From: Spirochaetota bacterium
GTDB lineage: Bacteria > Spirochaetota > Spirochaetia > Treponematales > UBA12059
Reading direction: 5' to 3'
Length of the DNA stretch: 48,336 nt
Assembly (NCBI GenBank): GCA_029548805.1
Contig: JAKPMS010000211.1
Coordinates: forward strand, 1-48,336
The translations under genes were made by a program, and so were the position numbers. The notes under the pieces are model-generated. The model was not told where the DNA came from, did no database searches, and was given only the letters and a program-made list of their open reading frames with translations. This document shows positions 1 through 9,046 of this stretch, one piece after another; the first letter of the stretch is position 1, and each line of letters starts with the position of its first letter.

Positions 1-838
1 ACTTTTCTATAATGGCAGTCAATATGTCCCTGTCATGGCGCTCCAGGCCGTAGCTGTCTACTTCCAGCCTGGACAAGCCTTTCTCTACTATGCTTTTTGT
101 GATAAGCGCGGAGCCGGCCACCTGGGCAAAGTCCCTCATGCGCCTTAAAAGCCTGTTGGCCACCCTTGGAGTGCCGCGGCTGGCGCCGGCCAGGGTGCCA
201 GCCGCTTCCGTATCCAGTTCTGCGCCAAGTATGCGGGCGGAGCGCATAAGTATGGCTATAGTGTCCTTTTGGTCATAAAAGCCCAGGCGTATGGATATGC
301 CAAAACGGCTTACCAGGGGGCTGCCTACCATGCCAGCCCTGGTGGTTGCTCCTACAAGCGTAAAAGGCGGCAGAGGCAGCCGGAGGGTTCTGGCAGCAGG
401 CCCCTGGCCTATTATAAAGTCCAGCTCTCCATCTTCCATGGCCATATACAGCATCTCTTCTATGGCCGGCTTCAGTCTGTGAATTTCATCTATAAAAAAT
501 ATGGATTTGGCTGTCAGGGTGGTAAGAATGCCGGCCAAATCCTTGGGCTTTTCCAAAGCCGGAGCGCTGGTAACTTTAAAATCCACAGCCAGCTCGTGGG
601 CCAAAATGCCGGCCAAAGTGGTTTTGCCAAGGCCAGGAGGTCCCATAAGAAACACATGATCCAGGGCTTCTCCGCGTTCCAGTGCGGCTTTAATGAACAC
701 GGACAGGTTTGCCTTTATGGCTTCCTGCCCAAGAAAGTCTGCAAGCCTTTTTGGCCTAAGCACATTTTCCTTGTCGTCTGCCATGGGGTCGTAGATTGGC
801 GATACCGGGCTTTCGTCCTGCGTGTTTTTGTCCCTCAT
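1..838 (-). CDS. ruvB: Holliday junction branch-migration ATPase RuvB (N-terminal ~279 aa; 3' end runs off the window)
   Basis: Absent from the ORF track because there is no in-window stop. Minus-strand translation from ATG 838 reads [10 protein letters not shown]...[20 protein letters not shown] (Walker A)...[12 protein letters not shown] (Walker B region). ATGA overlap with the ruvA stop; ruvC-ruvA-ruvB order. Confidence 0.93.
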   Translation of the reverse strand, partial: MRDKNTQDESPVSPIYDPMADDKENVLRPKRLADFLGQEAIKANLSVFIKAALERGEALDHVFLMGPPGLGKTTLAGILAHELAVDFKVTSAPALEKPKDLAGILTTLTAKSIFFIDEIHRLKPAIEEMLYMAMEDGELDFIIGQGPAARTLRLPLPPFTLVGATTRAGMVGSPLVSRFGISIRLGFYDQKDTIAILMRSARILGAELDTEAAGTLAGASRGTPRVANRLLRRMRDFAQVAGSALITKSIVEKGLSRLEVDSYGLERHDRDILTAIIEK

Positions 839-1458
839 TTGCCTGTTAGCTCCATGATGGCTCTTCTGAACAGCTCCTGCTCCATGGCAGTTTTGTCCGC
901 ATCAGTCCCGGGCTGCCATCCGCCTTCACCAGCCAGCCATGCTTCGGCACGGACAAGAGCCTCTGCAGCGCTTTTTCTGTCATAGCCCATGTCTACCAGG
1001 GCTCGCAAGAGGTCGTCTCTGGGTCCTGCCGGTGCAGCAGAACTGGCAGCAAGGCTGGATGGCAGCTTGCCTTTAAGCGCAAAAACCAGCTTTTGGGAGG
1101 TTTTTTTGCCAAGGCCCGGCACGCTTGACAATCTGGAAAGATCCTCTGCTTCCAAAGCGCTCTCCAGGTCCATTGCGCTTATTCCGCCCAGAATTTTCTG
1201 GGCCAGCTTTGGTCCTATGCCGTCTACGCCCAAAAGCTGCAAAAACACGCTTCTCTCAGCTTCGTCCTTAAAGCCATACAGACGCATCATGTCATCTTTG
1301 TGAAGCATCCAGCACAAAACCCGTACTTCATCACCCAGCTTACCAAAAGCGTCCACGCTGCGGGAAGAAACATTCAATTCCCACTCTATGCCGTTATTGT
1401 CTACACGGATAGTATCAACAGCCTTGTGGCATAGTATGCCTCTGATTGCATTTATCAT
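835..1458 (-). CDS. ruvA: Holliday junction DNA-binding protein RuvA
   Basis: ORF 835..1497 trimmed to ATG 1458 (MINAIRGIL, a canonical RuvA N-terminus that clears the ruvC stop at 1469). HhH motifs [16 protein letters not shown] and [16 protein letters not shown]; C-terminal domain [15 protein letters not shown]. Confidence 0.9.
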   Translation of the reverse strand: MINAIRGILCHKAVDTIRVDNNGIEWELNVSSRSVDAFGKLGDEVRVLCWMLHKDDMMRLYGFKDEAERSVFLQLLGVDGIGPKLAQKILGGISAMDLESALEAEDLSRLSSVPGLGKKTSQKLVFALKGKLPSSLAASSAAPAGPRDDLLRALVDMGYDRKSAAEALVRAEAWLAGEGGWQPGTDADKTAMEQELFRRAIMELTGK

Positions 1459-1468
1459 TGAAAAAGGA

Positions 1469-1999
1469 TTATAGCCCCCCAAAGCCTTTGGGTTCAACAG
1501 ACTTAGATTTAAACGACCTGTTTTGGCAATGACATATGGCTACCGCAAGGGCATCCGCTGCGTGATCCGGTTTTGGCACAAAATCCAGGCCAAGAACAAT
1601 TCTTATAAAGTTCTGTACTTCTTCTTTGCCAGAACGAGCGGAGCCGGTGGCTGCCTTTTTTACATCGTTTGGTGTATACTCATGCAGAAGAAGCCCGTTG
1701 TCGCGGCATAAAAGCCTTATAATTCCCCTTACCTCTGCCACGCCCAGGGCGCTTGTAACATTCCTTGAGAAAAATAGGGCTTCCATGGCTGTTTCTGATG
1801 GCAAAAACTCGTCCAGCACAGCCTTTAATGAATCCCTTATATGAGCAAGCCTTTCTCCCGTATCAGATCCGGCTTTTGTACTTATGCAACCATGGCCCTT
1901 ATAGACAAAACGGGCGCCGTCCAATTCGACGACGCCCCAGCCCAGGGCTGCAAGCCCGGGATCTATGCCTATAATGCGGACCCTGTTTTGTCCGCCCAC
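1469..1999 (-). CDS. ruvC: Crossover junction endodeoxyribonuclease RuvC
   Basis: RIIGIDPGLAALGWGVV N-terminal catalytic Asp motif and C-terminal KPDHAADALAVAICH motif. GTG start 3 nt after the yebC stop. Confidence 0.9.
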   Translation of the reverse strand: MGGQNRVRIIGIDPGLAALGWGVVELDGARFVYKGHGCISTKAGSDTGERLAHIRDSLKAVLDEFLPSETAMEALFFSRNVTSALGVAEVRGIIRLLCRDNGLLLHEYTPNDVKKAATGSARSGKEEVQNFIRIVLGLDFVPKPDHAADALAVAICHCQNRSFKSKSVEPKGFGGL

Positions 2000-2002
2000 G
2001 GT

Positions 2003-2740
2003 TCAGGCTTCTTCTTCGTCTGGAAGCTCTCCGTTATGATAAACGTTCTGAACGTCATCGTTTTCTTCCAGTTTGTCTATAAGTTTATGTATCTTGGCTC
2101 CGGTATCCTTGTCGGCTTTTACATAGCTTTCCGGAACCATGGATATTTCTGCGCCGTCTGTTTCTATTTCCGCATTGTTTATGGCGTTCATAACCGCTTC
2201 AAAAGCATCCGGAGTGGTGTAGACAATAATTTCGCCTTCTTCGTTTACGATATCGTCTGCCCCTCCTTCAAGAGCCAGTTCCATGATTTTGTCTTCTTCG
2301 TATTTTTCGCCATCAATGGAAATTACTCCCTTGCGTTCAAAAAGCCTTAAAACAGCGTTGCTGGTTGCAAGCGAACCGCCGGCTTTTGTGATTATGTTGC
2401 GGACCTCGGCGGCTGCACGGTTTTTGTTGTCTGTAAGAACTTCTATCAGCATGGCTATTCCGCCCGGCAGATAGGCTTCGTACACAAGCTCTTCATAGGT
2501 GCTTGCACCCAGTTCTCCGGTGCCTTTCTTGATGGCCCGCTCTATATTGTCTTTGGGCATGTTGGCGCCACGAGCTTTCAGGATGGCAGTACGCAATCTG
2601 GCATTGGATTCGGGGTCACCACCGCCCATGCGGGCGGCTATGGAAATTTCCTTGATCAGTTTGGTGAACATCTGACCCCTTTTGGCATCGGCTGCTCCCT
2701 TTTTGTGCTTTATTGTAGCCCATTTACTATGTCCAGACAT
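2003..2740 (-). CDS. yebC: YebC/PmpR (TACO1) family DNA-binding regulator
   Basis: Hallmark N-terminus MSGHSKWATIKHKKGAADAKRGQMFTKL. AGGAG SD just upstream of ATG 2740. Classic yebC-ruvCAB linkage. Confidence 0.93.
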   Translation of the reverse strand: MSGHSKWATIKHKKGAADAKRGQMFTKLIKEISIAARMGGGDPESNARLRTAILKARGANMPKDNIERAIKKGTGELGASTYEELVYEAYLPGGIAMLIEVLTDNKNRAAAEVRNIITKAGGSLATSNAVLRLFERKGVISIDGEKYEEDKIMELALEGGADDIVNEEGEIIVYTTPDAFEAVMNAINNAEIETDGAEISMVPESYVKADKDTGAKIHKLIDKLEENDDVQNVYHNGELPDEEEA

Positions 2741-2944
2741 GATATCTCCTTGGCATGAAAAATTTTATGAACCCTGAAAGCCGCATGAAAGACCTAACGC
2801 TTAAGGCTTGCTGAAGCTGTATCAACTAATTAAAACTGATTTGACCAAAAGCCGGTTTACACTGTTCAGCTTAGCACAGTTGGCAATTTACTGTCAACTT
2901 TTGTACAAAACAACAGAATACCGCAAAAAAACGCTTGGCCAATG

Positions 2945-2975
2945 CAAATAAAAACCCCCGGCAAAAATGCGGGGG
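2945..2975 (-). terminator. Rho-independent terminator downstream of the small zinc-ribbon gene
   Basis: Hairpin CCCCCG(2955-2960)/CGGGGG(2970-2975) with a 9-nt loop. On the minus strand it is followed by TTTTTATTTGC. Confidence 0.6.
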
Positions 2976-3008
2976 TTCTTTGAAAAACAAAGGGCTCAGG
3001 TTTTTGTA

Positions 3009-3251
3009 TCAAGCCTTTTTTGCTACGCTAATCTTGTTTTTCCTGACTCCATCATGGATAAGATCTATCCGCAATTTGTCAAACCAGGCAAAGTCAAAAG
3101 GTTTTTTTGCCCTGACCGTGTATTTGACTGCCGCTTCAAGGTCATCCTTGCAGCTTTCGCACAGATCAAACTCCCTTACGTGGAAATAGGTTCTCGTAGG
3201 TATGGGCTCAACTACTTCTTTTTTGCAAATATCACAGAACAATTGTTTCAT
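3009..3251 (-). CDS. Small zinc-ribbon-like hypothetical protein (80 aa)
   Basis: ORF 3009..3332 trimmed to ATG 3251, which has GGAG 5 nt upstream. MKQLFCDICKK...CESCKD gives two CxxC pairs. Lys-rich C-terminus. Own terminator. No family recognised. Confidence 0.6.
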   Translation of the reverse strand: MKQLFCDICKKEVVEPIPTRTYFHVREFDLCESCKDDLEAAVKYTVRAKKPFDFAWFDKLRIDLIHDGVRKNKISVAKKA

Positions 3252-3346
3252 GTCCGCTCCTTGACTGCATTCAATTGTGGCGATTCTATAACATAGTTTA
3301 TCAATTGTCGAGTAGAATGGGACAATTGTCAATATTTGGAGTGTGG

Positions 3347-4480
3347 ATGCACAAATTTGTTTTTTATAGCAAGGCTTTTACGGCAAACAGGCCCCTTGTA
3401 ATTGCAGAAATAGGCACAGGACATGGTGCCGACTTTAAAAAAGCTGAGGAATTGATTTGCGCTGCTGTTGAATCAGGCGCCGAATGCGTAAAATTCCAGC
3501 ATGTTTATGCTGATGAAATACTGCACCCAGCCACCGGAATGGTGGAGCTGCCCGGCGGCATGACCCCTTTATATGAAGTGTTCAAAAACATCGAGACCGG
3601 CCCCGAATTTATTGCAAGGGCAAAAGACAAGACAGAGGCGCTTGGGGCCTGCTTTTTATGCAGCCCTTTTGGCATAAAAAGTGCAAGGGAATTGCGTAAT
3701 ATGGGCGTACAAGCTGTTAAAATTGCAAGTCCAGAGCTTAATCATGTGGAATTGCTCCAAGAAACAGCTTCTTACAAGTTGCCGCTAATCCTGTCCAGCG
3801 GGGTATCGCGCCTTTCCGACATTGAATTTGCACTGGAAATAGTAAGGCAAGAGGGAATGCAAACGGCCCTGCTGCATTGCATTACAGCTTACCCTGCCCC
3901 GGAGGAAGAATTCAATTTGAGGCTGCTGCCCAATTTGTCTGCCATTTTCAATGTGCCTACGGGCTTGTCAGACCACTCCATGGACCCGCTTGTTGTGCCG
4001 GGGCTTGCTGCTGCTCTGGGCGCAGTCATTATAGAAAAGCATTTTTGTCTTTCAAGAAGCGGCGACGGCCTGGATGACAAAATTGCCCTTGTGCCAGAAA
4101 CCTTTGCGCTTATGGTAAAAAGCATAAAAAATATAGCAAACCTGCGCCATTCACTGGGCTACGAAGCAGCAATAGCAGAGCTGATAAAAGAATACGGCGC
4201 AAAAAGGATTAAAACCATACTGGGAAGCGGAGAGAAAAAGCTTGCAGCCAGTGAAGAAGGCAATTATGAAAGGACAAGGCGCTCCATACATGCTGTCAAG
4301 CCTATAAAAAAGGGAGAAGTCTTTGCAGAAAGCAATATAGCCGCCCTTAGAAGCGAGAAAGTGCTTAAACCCGGCATCCACCCCCGCTACTTAAGCTTTC
4401 TTAAAAACAGGAAGGCAGCCAGGGATATTTCTGACGGACAGGGCATAGTATGGGATGATATAGGAGATACTTGCGGCTAG
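3347..4480 (+). CDS. NeuB-family nonulosonic (sialic/pseudaminic/legionaminic-type) acid synthase with C-terminal SAF domain
   Basis: PLVIAEIGTGHGADFKKAEELICAAVESGAECVKFQ matches the NeuB IAEIG-NH-G...A-AVKFQ motif. Also HCITAYPAP and GLSDHS motifs. C-terminal SAF-like SIHAVKPIKKGEVFAESNIAALR. Start set at ATG 3347 (GGAG 5 nt upstream) rather than the TTG at 3275. Confidence 0.85.
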   Translation: MHKFVFYSKAFTANRPLVIAEIGTGHGADFKKAEELICAAVESGAECVKFQHVYADEILHPATGMVELPGGMTPLYEVFKNIETGPEFIARAKDKTEALGACFLCSPFGIKSARELRNMGVQAVKIASPELNHVELLQETASYKLPLILSSGVSRLSDIEFALEIVRQEGMQTALLHCITAYPAPEEEFNLRLLPNLSAIFNVPTGLSDHSMDPLVVPGLAAALGAVIIEKHFCLSRSGDGLDDKIALVPETFALMVKSIKNIANLRHSLGYEAAIAELIKEYGAKRIKTILGSGEKKLAASEEGNYERTRRSIHAVKPIKKGEVFAESNIAALRSEKVLKPGIHPRYLSFLKNRKAARDISDGQGIVWDDIGDTCG

Positions 4481-4492
4481 CCTGAAAGCTGT

Positions 4493-6838
4493 TCAATTGC
4501 CCAGCTCTATTATGGTTTTGCCGTGGCCGCCTTCTTCCGGCCTGGCATAATGAAAGCTCTTTACAGCGGCATAGGAAGACAAGCAGCTTTTGACGCCGGC
4601 TTGTAAGACACCTTCGCCCGTACCATGAATCACGGAAAAGCTGTAAAGTCCGGCAAGGATGGCAGCATCCAACTGGCGTTCCAGTGCTACCAGAGCATCA
4701 GCAAGCCTGTAGCCCCTCAGGTCCAGTTCCAGGACAGCCTTGCTGGAGCGGCTGGCAGCATTCTCTACAGATACCATGGGTGCTTTGTTGGGCAAAGCCT
4801 CTGTCAGTTCCATATCTGCTTCGTCCACAGTAAGTCTTAGCGCATCTGTCTCTACTAGCCATTTTCCGCCTTTGGCAGACCTTAAAACCAGCCCCCGTCT
4901 GCGGCCCGGGAGCAACAGTACAGCTGAACCGGCTTCTATCCTGCCAGACCCCGGCAAAACCGGTTTTGAATGCTTTACAAACATGTCGGCTTTGGATTCT
5001 GCTTCTTTTACTTCCGTATCCAGCTTTGACAAAAAGTCTTTTACTTCCTGTGTTTTTTCTTTTGTAAGTTCTTCTTCACGTATTTCCCTGACCAGGTTTT
5101 CCAGAGTTTTTCTGCTTTCAGACAAAAGGTTTTTTAGTTCGCTTACACCCTGGTTTCTGAGCTCGGCTTCCTTCTGGCGCAATTTCAGCTCTCTTAGGTC
5201 CGCCTTTCTTTGTTCCTCTCTGGCTTCTTTAAGGCGCTTTTTTTCTTCGCTGCGTATGGAGTCTAGCTCCCTGTGCTTGGCTGACAGGCTTTTAATAAGG
5301 GCGGATATGTCGCTTCTTTCATCCTTTAGGTATTGCCTGGCACCTTCTATCAGCTCGGGGCTCAAGCCATTGCGGCTGGCTATGTCCAAAGCGCGGCTTT
5401 CTCCGGGTATGCCCATTACAATACGGTAGGTCGGGGACAGGGTGTCCTTGTCAAAGTCTACAGATGCGTTCAGGACGCTCTCTTTTGTATAGCCGAAGTT
5501 TTTTAATATGCCGTGATGGGTACTTACCAGGCACAAGCTGCCCCTGCTTATAAAAAGATCCAGCAAAGCCATGGCAATGGCACAGCCTTCTTCCGGATCG
5601 GTTCCGGAGCCAAGCTCATCCAGCAAAACAAGGCTGTTTCCGCTGGCCTGTTTTACTATTTCGGCTATGTTTTTCATGTGGCCGGAAAAAGTGGACAGGG
5701 ACTGGTCCATGGACTGCTCATCCCCTATATCAGCCCAAACGCCGTCAAAAATGGGCAAGGCAGAGCCATAGGCTGCAGGTATGGCAAGGCCGTATTGGTT
5801 CATCATGGCCAAAAGACCCGCAGTTTTGAGGGATACTGTCTTGCCGCCCGTGTTTGGCCCGGTAATTATGAGTGTTCTTGCCCCATCCGGCATAAAAAGG
5901 TCTATGGGTATGGCTTTGCTGCCTAGAATAGGATGGCGGGCCTTTAAAAGCTCTATGCCACCGCTGCTTACAAGCGCAAATACGCCGTTATTTTTTATGG
6001 AATACCTGGCTTTGGCGTAAATGGCATCCATGCGGGCTACAAGTTCCCTGGCATCATGGAGCATGGGCAAGCATTTTCTGATTTTTTCGCTTGCCTCTCT
6101 CAGCAGCCTGAACAGCTCTCTCTGATATCTTGCTTCTTCTTCCACTAGTTCATTGTTTTTGGACAGGAGAATTTCTGGTTCTATGTAAACGGTCTGGCCT
6201 GTAGCGGACAATTCATGAATTATTCCCTTGAACCTGGACTTGGCTCCCGCTTTTACGGCAAGCACGGTTCTCCCATCCCGCTGGGTGGGCACATCACTTT
6301 GCAAAAGGCCCCTTGTGGCTTCATCCATAAAAAAGGAGGCGCTAAGCCTTTCTATTTCCTGATTTATTTTTCTTATCCGGTCCTTGATTGCGCGCAGCTC
6401 GGGAATATCCTTTAGCTCACCGTCGGGGCCAATTATATGGAATGCGGTTTTCTGGACTTCCATTAGCTCCGGTGCGGCAGCCACACTTTTTTTTATGGCT
6501 TCATGCTCTGTTGCGGAAAGCCAATGCAAAAAACTGCTGTAAGCCTGGCTCCAGGTCCCTATAGCCCAAAGCTCTTCTACCGCCAGTGTTGAGCCTTCTT
6601 TGGCTACGCTTTTTATGGCATCATGGATGGGGGGAAAGCTTCCTGAAGGCAGCTTGTGGCTGTCTTTTAGCAGGCGATACAGTTCTTCTGTTTCTTCCTT
6701 GGCCAGCCTTACTTCTTCCGGCTCGCGCAAAGGCAGACTGGACAACAAGCTTTCCGAGCCTTCATACGAAAGGCAATAGCTTATAGCTTCTTCCCGGATT
6801 CTGTAAAACTCCAGGAGCTCAAAACTGTGCTCATTCAT
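4493..6838 (-). CDS. mutS2: Endonuclease MutS2 (MutS ATPase core plus C-terminal Smr domain)
   Basis: 781 aa. Walker A ITGPNTGGKTVSLKT, LLDELGSGTDPEEG, long coiled-coil linker, C-terminal Smr (LDLRGYRLADAL...VIHGTGEGVLQ). TAATG junction with rsgA. Confidence 0.95.
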   Translation of the reverse strand: MNEHSFELLEFYRIREEAISYCLSYEGSESLLSSLPLREPEEVRLAKEETEELYRLLKDSHKLPSGSFPPIHDAIKSVAKEGSTLAVEELWAIGTWSQAYSSFLHWLSATEHEAIKKSVAAAPELMEVQKTAFHIIGPDGELKDIPELRAIKDRIRKINQEIERLSASFFMDEATRGLLQSDVPTQRDGRTVLAVKAGAKSRFKGIIHELSATGQTVYIEPEILLSKNNELVEEEARYQRELFRLLREASEKIRKCLPMLHDARELVARMDAIYAKARYSIKNNGVFALVSSGGIELLKARHPILGSKAIPIDLFMPDGARTLIITGPNTGGKTVSLKTAGLLAMMNQYGLAIPAAYGSALPIFDGVWADIGDEQSMDQSLSTFSGHMKNIAEIVKQASGNSLVLLDELGSGTDPEEGCAIAMALLDLFISRGSLCLVSTHHGILKNFGYTKESVLNASVDFDKDTLSPTYRIVMGIPGESRALDIASRNGLSPELIEGARQYLKDERSDISALIKSLSAKHRELDSIRSEEKKRLKEAREEQRKADLRELKLRQKEAELRNQGVSELKNLLSESRKTLENLVREIREEELTKEKTQEVKDFLSKLDTEVKEAESKADMFVKHSKPVLPGSGRIEAGSAVLLLPGRRRGLVLRSAKGGKWLVETDALRLTVDEADMELTEALPNKAPMVSVENAASRSSKAVLELDLRGYRLADALVALERQLDAAILAGLYSFSVIHGTGEGVLQAGVKSCLSSYAAVKSFHYARPEEGGHGKTIIELGN

Positions 6839-7773
6839 TATGGTTCATCGCCCTCATCCGCAAGAAAAGTGTTTTTCCTGGGGTTTCCCCTCTTTTTGGC
6901 ATATTGCTTTTCTTCCGACAGTTCCGAAAAAATCCTGAGATAGCTTTCATAACGGTCTTCGTGGATGCCGCCATCTTCCACAGCTTTTTTAACCGCACAA
7001 GCATCCTCGTCAATATGCATACATCTGGCGCCCAAAGCACAATAGCTCAACAAAGAAGTCATTTCCGGAAAGCATGCGCTAAGCGTTGCCGGATCCAGGC
7101 CCCGTACAGCAAGACGCCTGAAGCCGGGCGTATCAATCACCCTGGTATTTCCATCCGCCAATACAGACATAAGCGCTGCAACAGTAGTATGGCGTCCTCT
7201 TTCATACTTTTCGCAAACTTCTCCTACCCTCAAGCCCAAACCCGGTTCAATCGCATTCAGGATGGAGCTCTTGCCTACTCCGGACTGGCCCACAAAAGCG
7301 CTTGTCTTGCCCCTTATCATGGCAGACAGTTCATCCAGGCCTTCATTATTTTTTACGCTTAAAAACAGGGTGTCAAAGCCAATATGCCTGTAATCCGCCA
7401 TCCTATCCCGTACTTCCTTGTCCACTCCCAAGTCCGTTTTGTTAAGTATTACAAGAAATGGAATTTTTTCCGAGGCCGGCTCAAGGGATACCCTGTCTAT
7501 AAAACGGGGTCTGAACGGCGGAAGGGCTGTGCTTGCAACACATACCAGCAGGTCCATATTGGCTGCTATGGCCTGTATGGCCTTGCCCTTTTCGTTGTAG
7601 CGCCAAAAAAGGTTTTTCCGTTTGCCTAGACCGACGATAAGTCCCGTGCCCGGGGAAGCTTCTTCCCACTCTACAATATCGCCGGCAGCAAGGGGGTTGT
7701 AAAAACCTTCCGCCCCTTTAAGCTTTTTGCTTTTAAGATTGCAGCGATAAACCAGCCCGTCCCGGGCCAGCAC
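6838..7773 (-). CDS. rsgA: Ribosome small-subunit-dependent GTPase RsgA (true start probably upstream; see finding)
   Basis: Circularly permuted GTPase: LNKTDL (G4), VGQSGVGKSSILNA (G1), DTPG (G3). C-terminal Cys/His cluster. The track start is GTG 7773, but the conserved N-terminal strand is encoded up to about 7818. Confidence 0.9.
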   Translation of the reverse strand: MLARDGLVYRCNLKSKKLKGAEGFYNPLAAGDIVEWEEASPGTGLIVGLGKRKNLFWRYNEKGKAIQAIAANMDLLVCVASTALPPFRPRFIDRVSLEPASEKIPFLVILNKTDLGVDKEVRDRMADYRHIGFDTLFLSVKNNEGLDELSAMIRGKTSAFVGQSGVGKSSILNAIEPGLGLRVGEVCEKYERGRHTTVAALMSVLADGNTRVIDTPGFRRLAVRGLDPATLSACFPEMTSLLSYCALGARCMHIDEDACAVKKAVEDGGIHEDRYESYLRIFSELSEEKQYAKKRGNPRKNTFLADEGDEP

Positions 7774-7817
7774 TGCAAAATTGTTGTTGGAGCCGGAAAG
7801 TACAGTGCCCGTTTTAA

Positions 7818-8642
7818 TTATATTGAGCCTGCCGCCTGCAAATTAAAAGCTTTTGCAAAGCCCTGGTATATGGGTTCAAATGGGGCAGTGCCTGTCAAAA
7901 ACATCCTGTCCGGCAGCTTTTCTTTTTGGGTTGCCAAAGGTTTTTCTGCCGGGCTGTTATACGAAGCAGCAAGCAGCTCCACAAGCCGCTTGCTTACGCC
8001 TTCTCTTGAGTCCACTATTAGCGCTTTTGAACCGGCCATCTCCACAAATTCTTCGTAAACATGCAGAAAATGGGTGCATGCAAGAACTATGACATCAGCT
8101 CCATCCGACAAAAAGGAATCCACTGCCGGTTTTACCGCCGCAAGGCGCTCTTCCTTGCCGGAAGCAAGGAAACGCCTTTCTATAAAGTCTACAAGGGCAG
8201 CGTCTCCCCGCCTTAACACTTTACATGAGCCGGCTTTGCTTTTTACCAGTTCGTCAAAAAATGGCGCTGTAACAGTGGATTGGGTTGCTACCACCCCTAT
8301 AACCCCGGCTTTGGAGGCTTCCGCGGCTGGTTTTACAGCCGGAATTGTGCCAACTATAGGAAAACCGGGATACTCCGCCTTTAAAATTTCCAGAGCAAGC
8401 TGGCTTGCAGTGTTACAAGCTATAACCAGAGCCTTGAGTTCGGTCTTTTTCATAAGCCGGTCCACTATTCTGCGTACATTATCTATAATTACTGATGCGG
8501 GCTTTGGCCCATAAGGAAAACCCGCCCTGTCTGCCAGATACACAAAACTGTCATTTGGCAATTTGTCGCGCGCCATTGCCAAATACGGTAGGCCTCCAAC
8601 CCCTGAATCCATAAAGGCTATGGGCCTGTCATTAGCATTCAC
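7818..8642 (-). CDS. murI: Glutamate racemase
   Basis: IAFMDSGVGGLPYL, VIACNTAS and LACTHF catalytic-Cys motifs. GTG start with GGGGG SD 5 nt upstream. Confidence 0.93.
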   Translation of the reverse strand: MNANDRPIAFMDSGVGGLPYLAMARDKLPNDSFVYLADRAGFPYGPKPASVIIDNVRRIVDRLMKKTELKALVIACNTASQLALEILKAEYPGFPIVGTIPAVKPAAEASKAGVIGVVATQSTVTAPFFDELVKSKAGSCKVLRRGDAALVDFIERRFLASGKEERLAAVKPAVDSFLSDGADVIVLACTHFLHVYEEFVEMAGSKALIVDSREGVSKRLVELLAASYNSPAEKPLATQKEKLPDRMFLTGTAPFEPIYQGFAKAFNLQAAGSI

Positions 8643-8651
8643 AAAAACCCC

Positions 8652-8933
8652 CTACAAGTTAAATAGCTTGTCAAAATCCTTTTTTGAAGAATCCGGCTTG
8701 TTTGACAACAGCTCGTCACAGCCCAATTTGGCCAATGGCTGGAAGTACTCGCAATAGTTCATGCGCTCCTTGTCCTTTACTTCCTCCGCAATTGTTTCCG
8801 CACAATCCCTGTATGCTCCGGGTTTGTAAAAGCGGCAATGCCTGCAAATGTGAAGTTCCCTGCCGCACTCATTGCACAAGTCCCGGAAAAATATTTTATT
8901 TGACGGCAAACAAGATCCGCAAAAAATGCACAT
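8652..8933 (-). CDS. Cys-rich small hypothetical protein (93 aa, 10 Cys)
   Basis: MCIFCGSC...CNEC...CRHC gives four CxxC-type pairs in the first 33 residues. First gene of the murI-rsgA-mutS2 transcription direction. No family recognised. Confidence 0.6.
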   Translation of the reverse strand: MCIFCGSCLPSNKIFFRDLCNECGRELHICRHCRFYKPGAYRDCAETIAEEVKDKERMNYCEYFQPLAKLGCDELLSNKPDSSKKDFDKLFNL

Positions 8934-9046
8934 GCATTTATTTTATGCCCTGACAGGCTTTTTTTCAAGCCGCAAATAATCTGCAGCAGCTAAAAGGCTG
9001 CCGTCCGGGCTTGAAGAACTTTGCCCAGTACAGATAACATGGCGTC

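Noticed and set aside
269-985. 238-aa plus-strand ORF (and 90..278, 291..482) overlapping the start of the window
   Set aside because: It is antisense shadow of ruvB. The minus strand gives a clean RuvB sequence with Walker motifs, while the plus-strand product is low-complexity with no motif or SD.
4740-5429. Long antisense ORFs opposite real genes (4740..5429 +, 15538..16260 -, 21344..22111 +, 23776..24633 -, 42378..43121 +, 44717..45370 +, 47549..48160 -)
   Set aside because: Each lies fully within a confidently identified gene on the other strand (mutS2, secA, mcsB/clpC, ABC SBP/permease, ligA, RlpA-like, CapD-like). The products are Ser/Leu/Ala/Arg-rich, as is typical of shadow frames, and none has an SD or recognisable domain.
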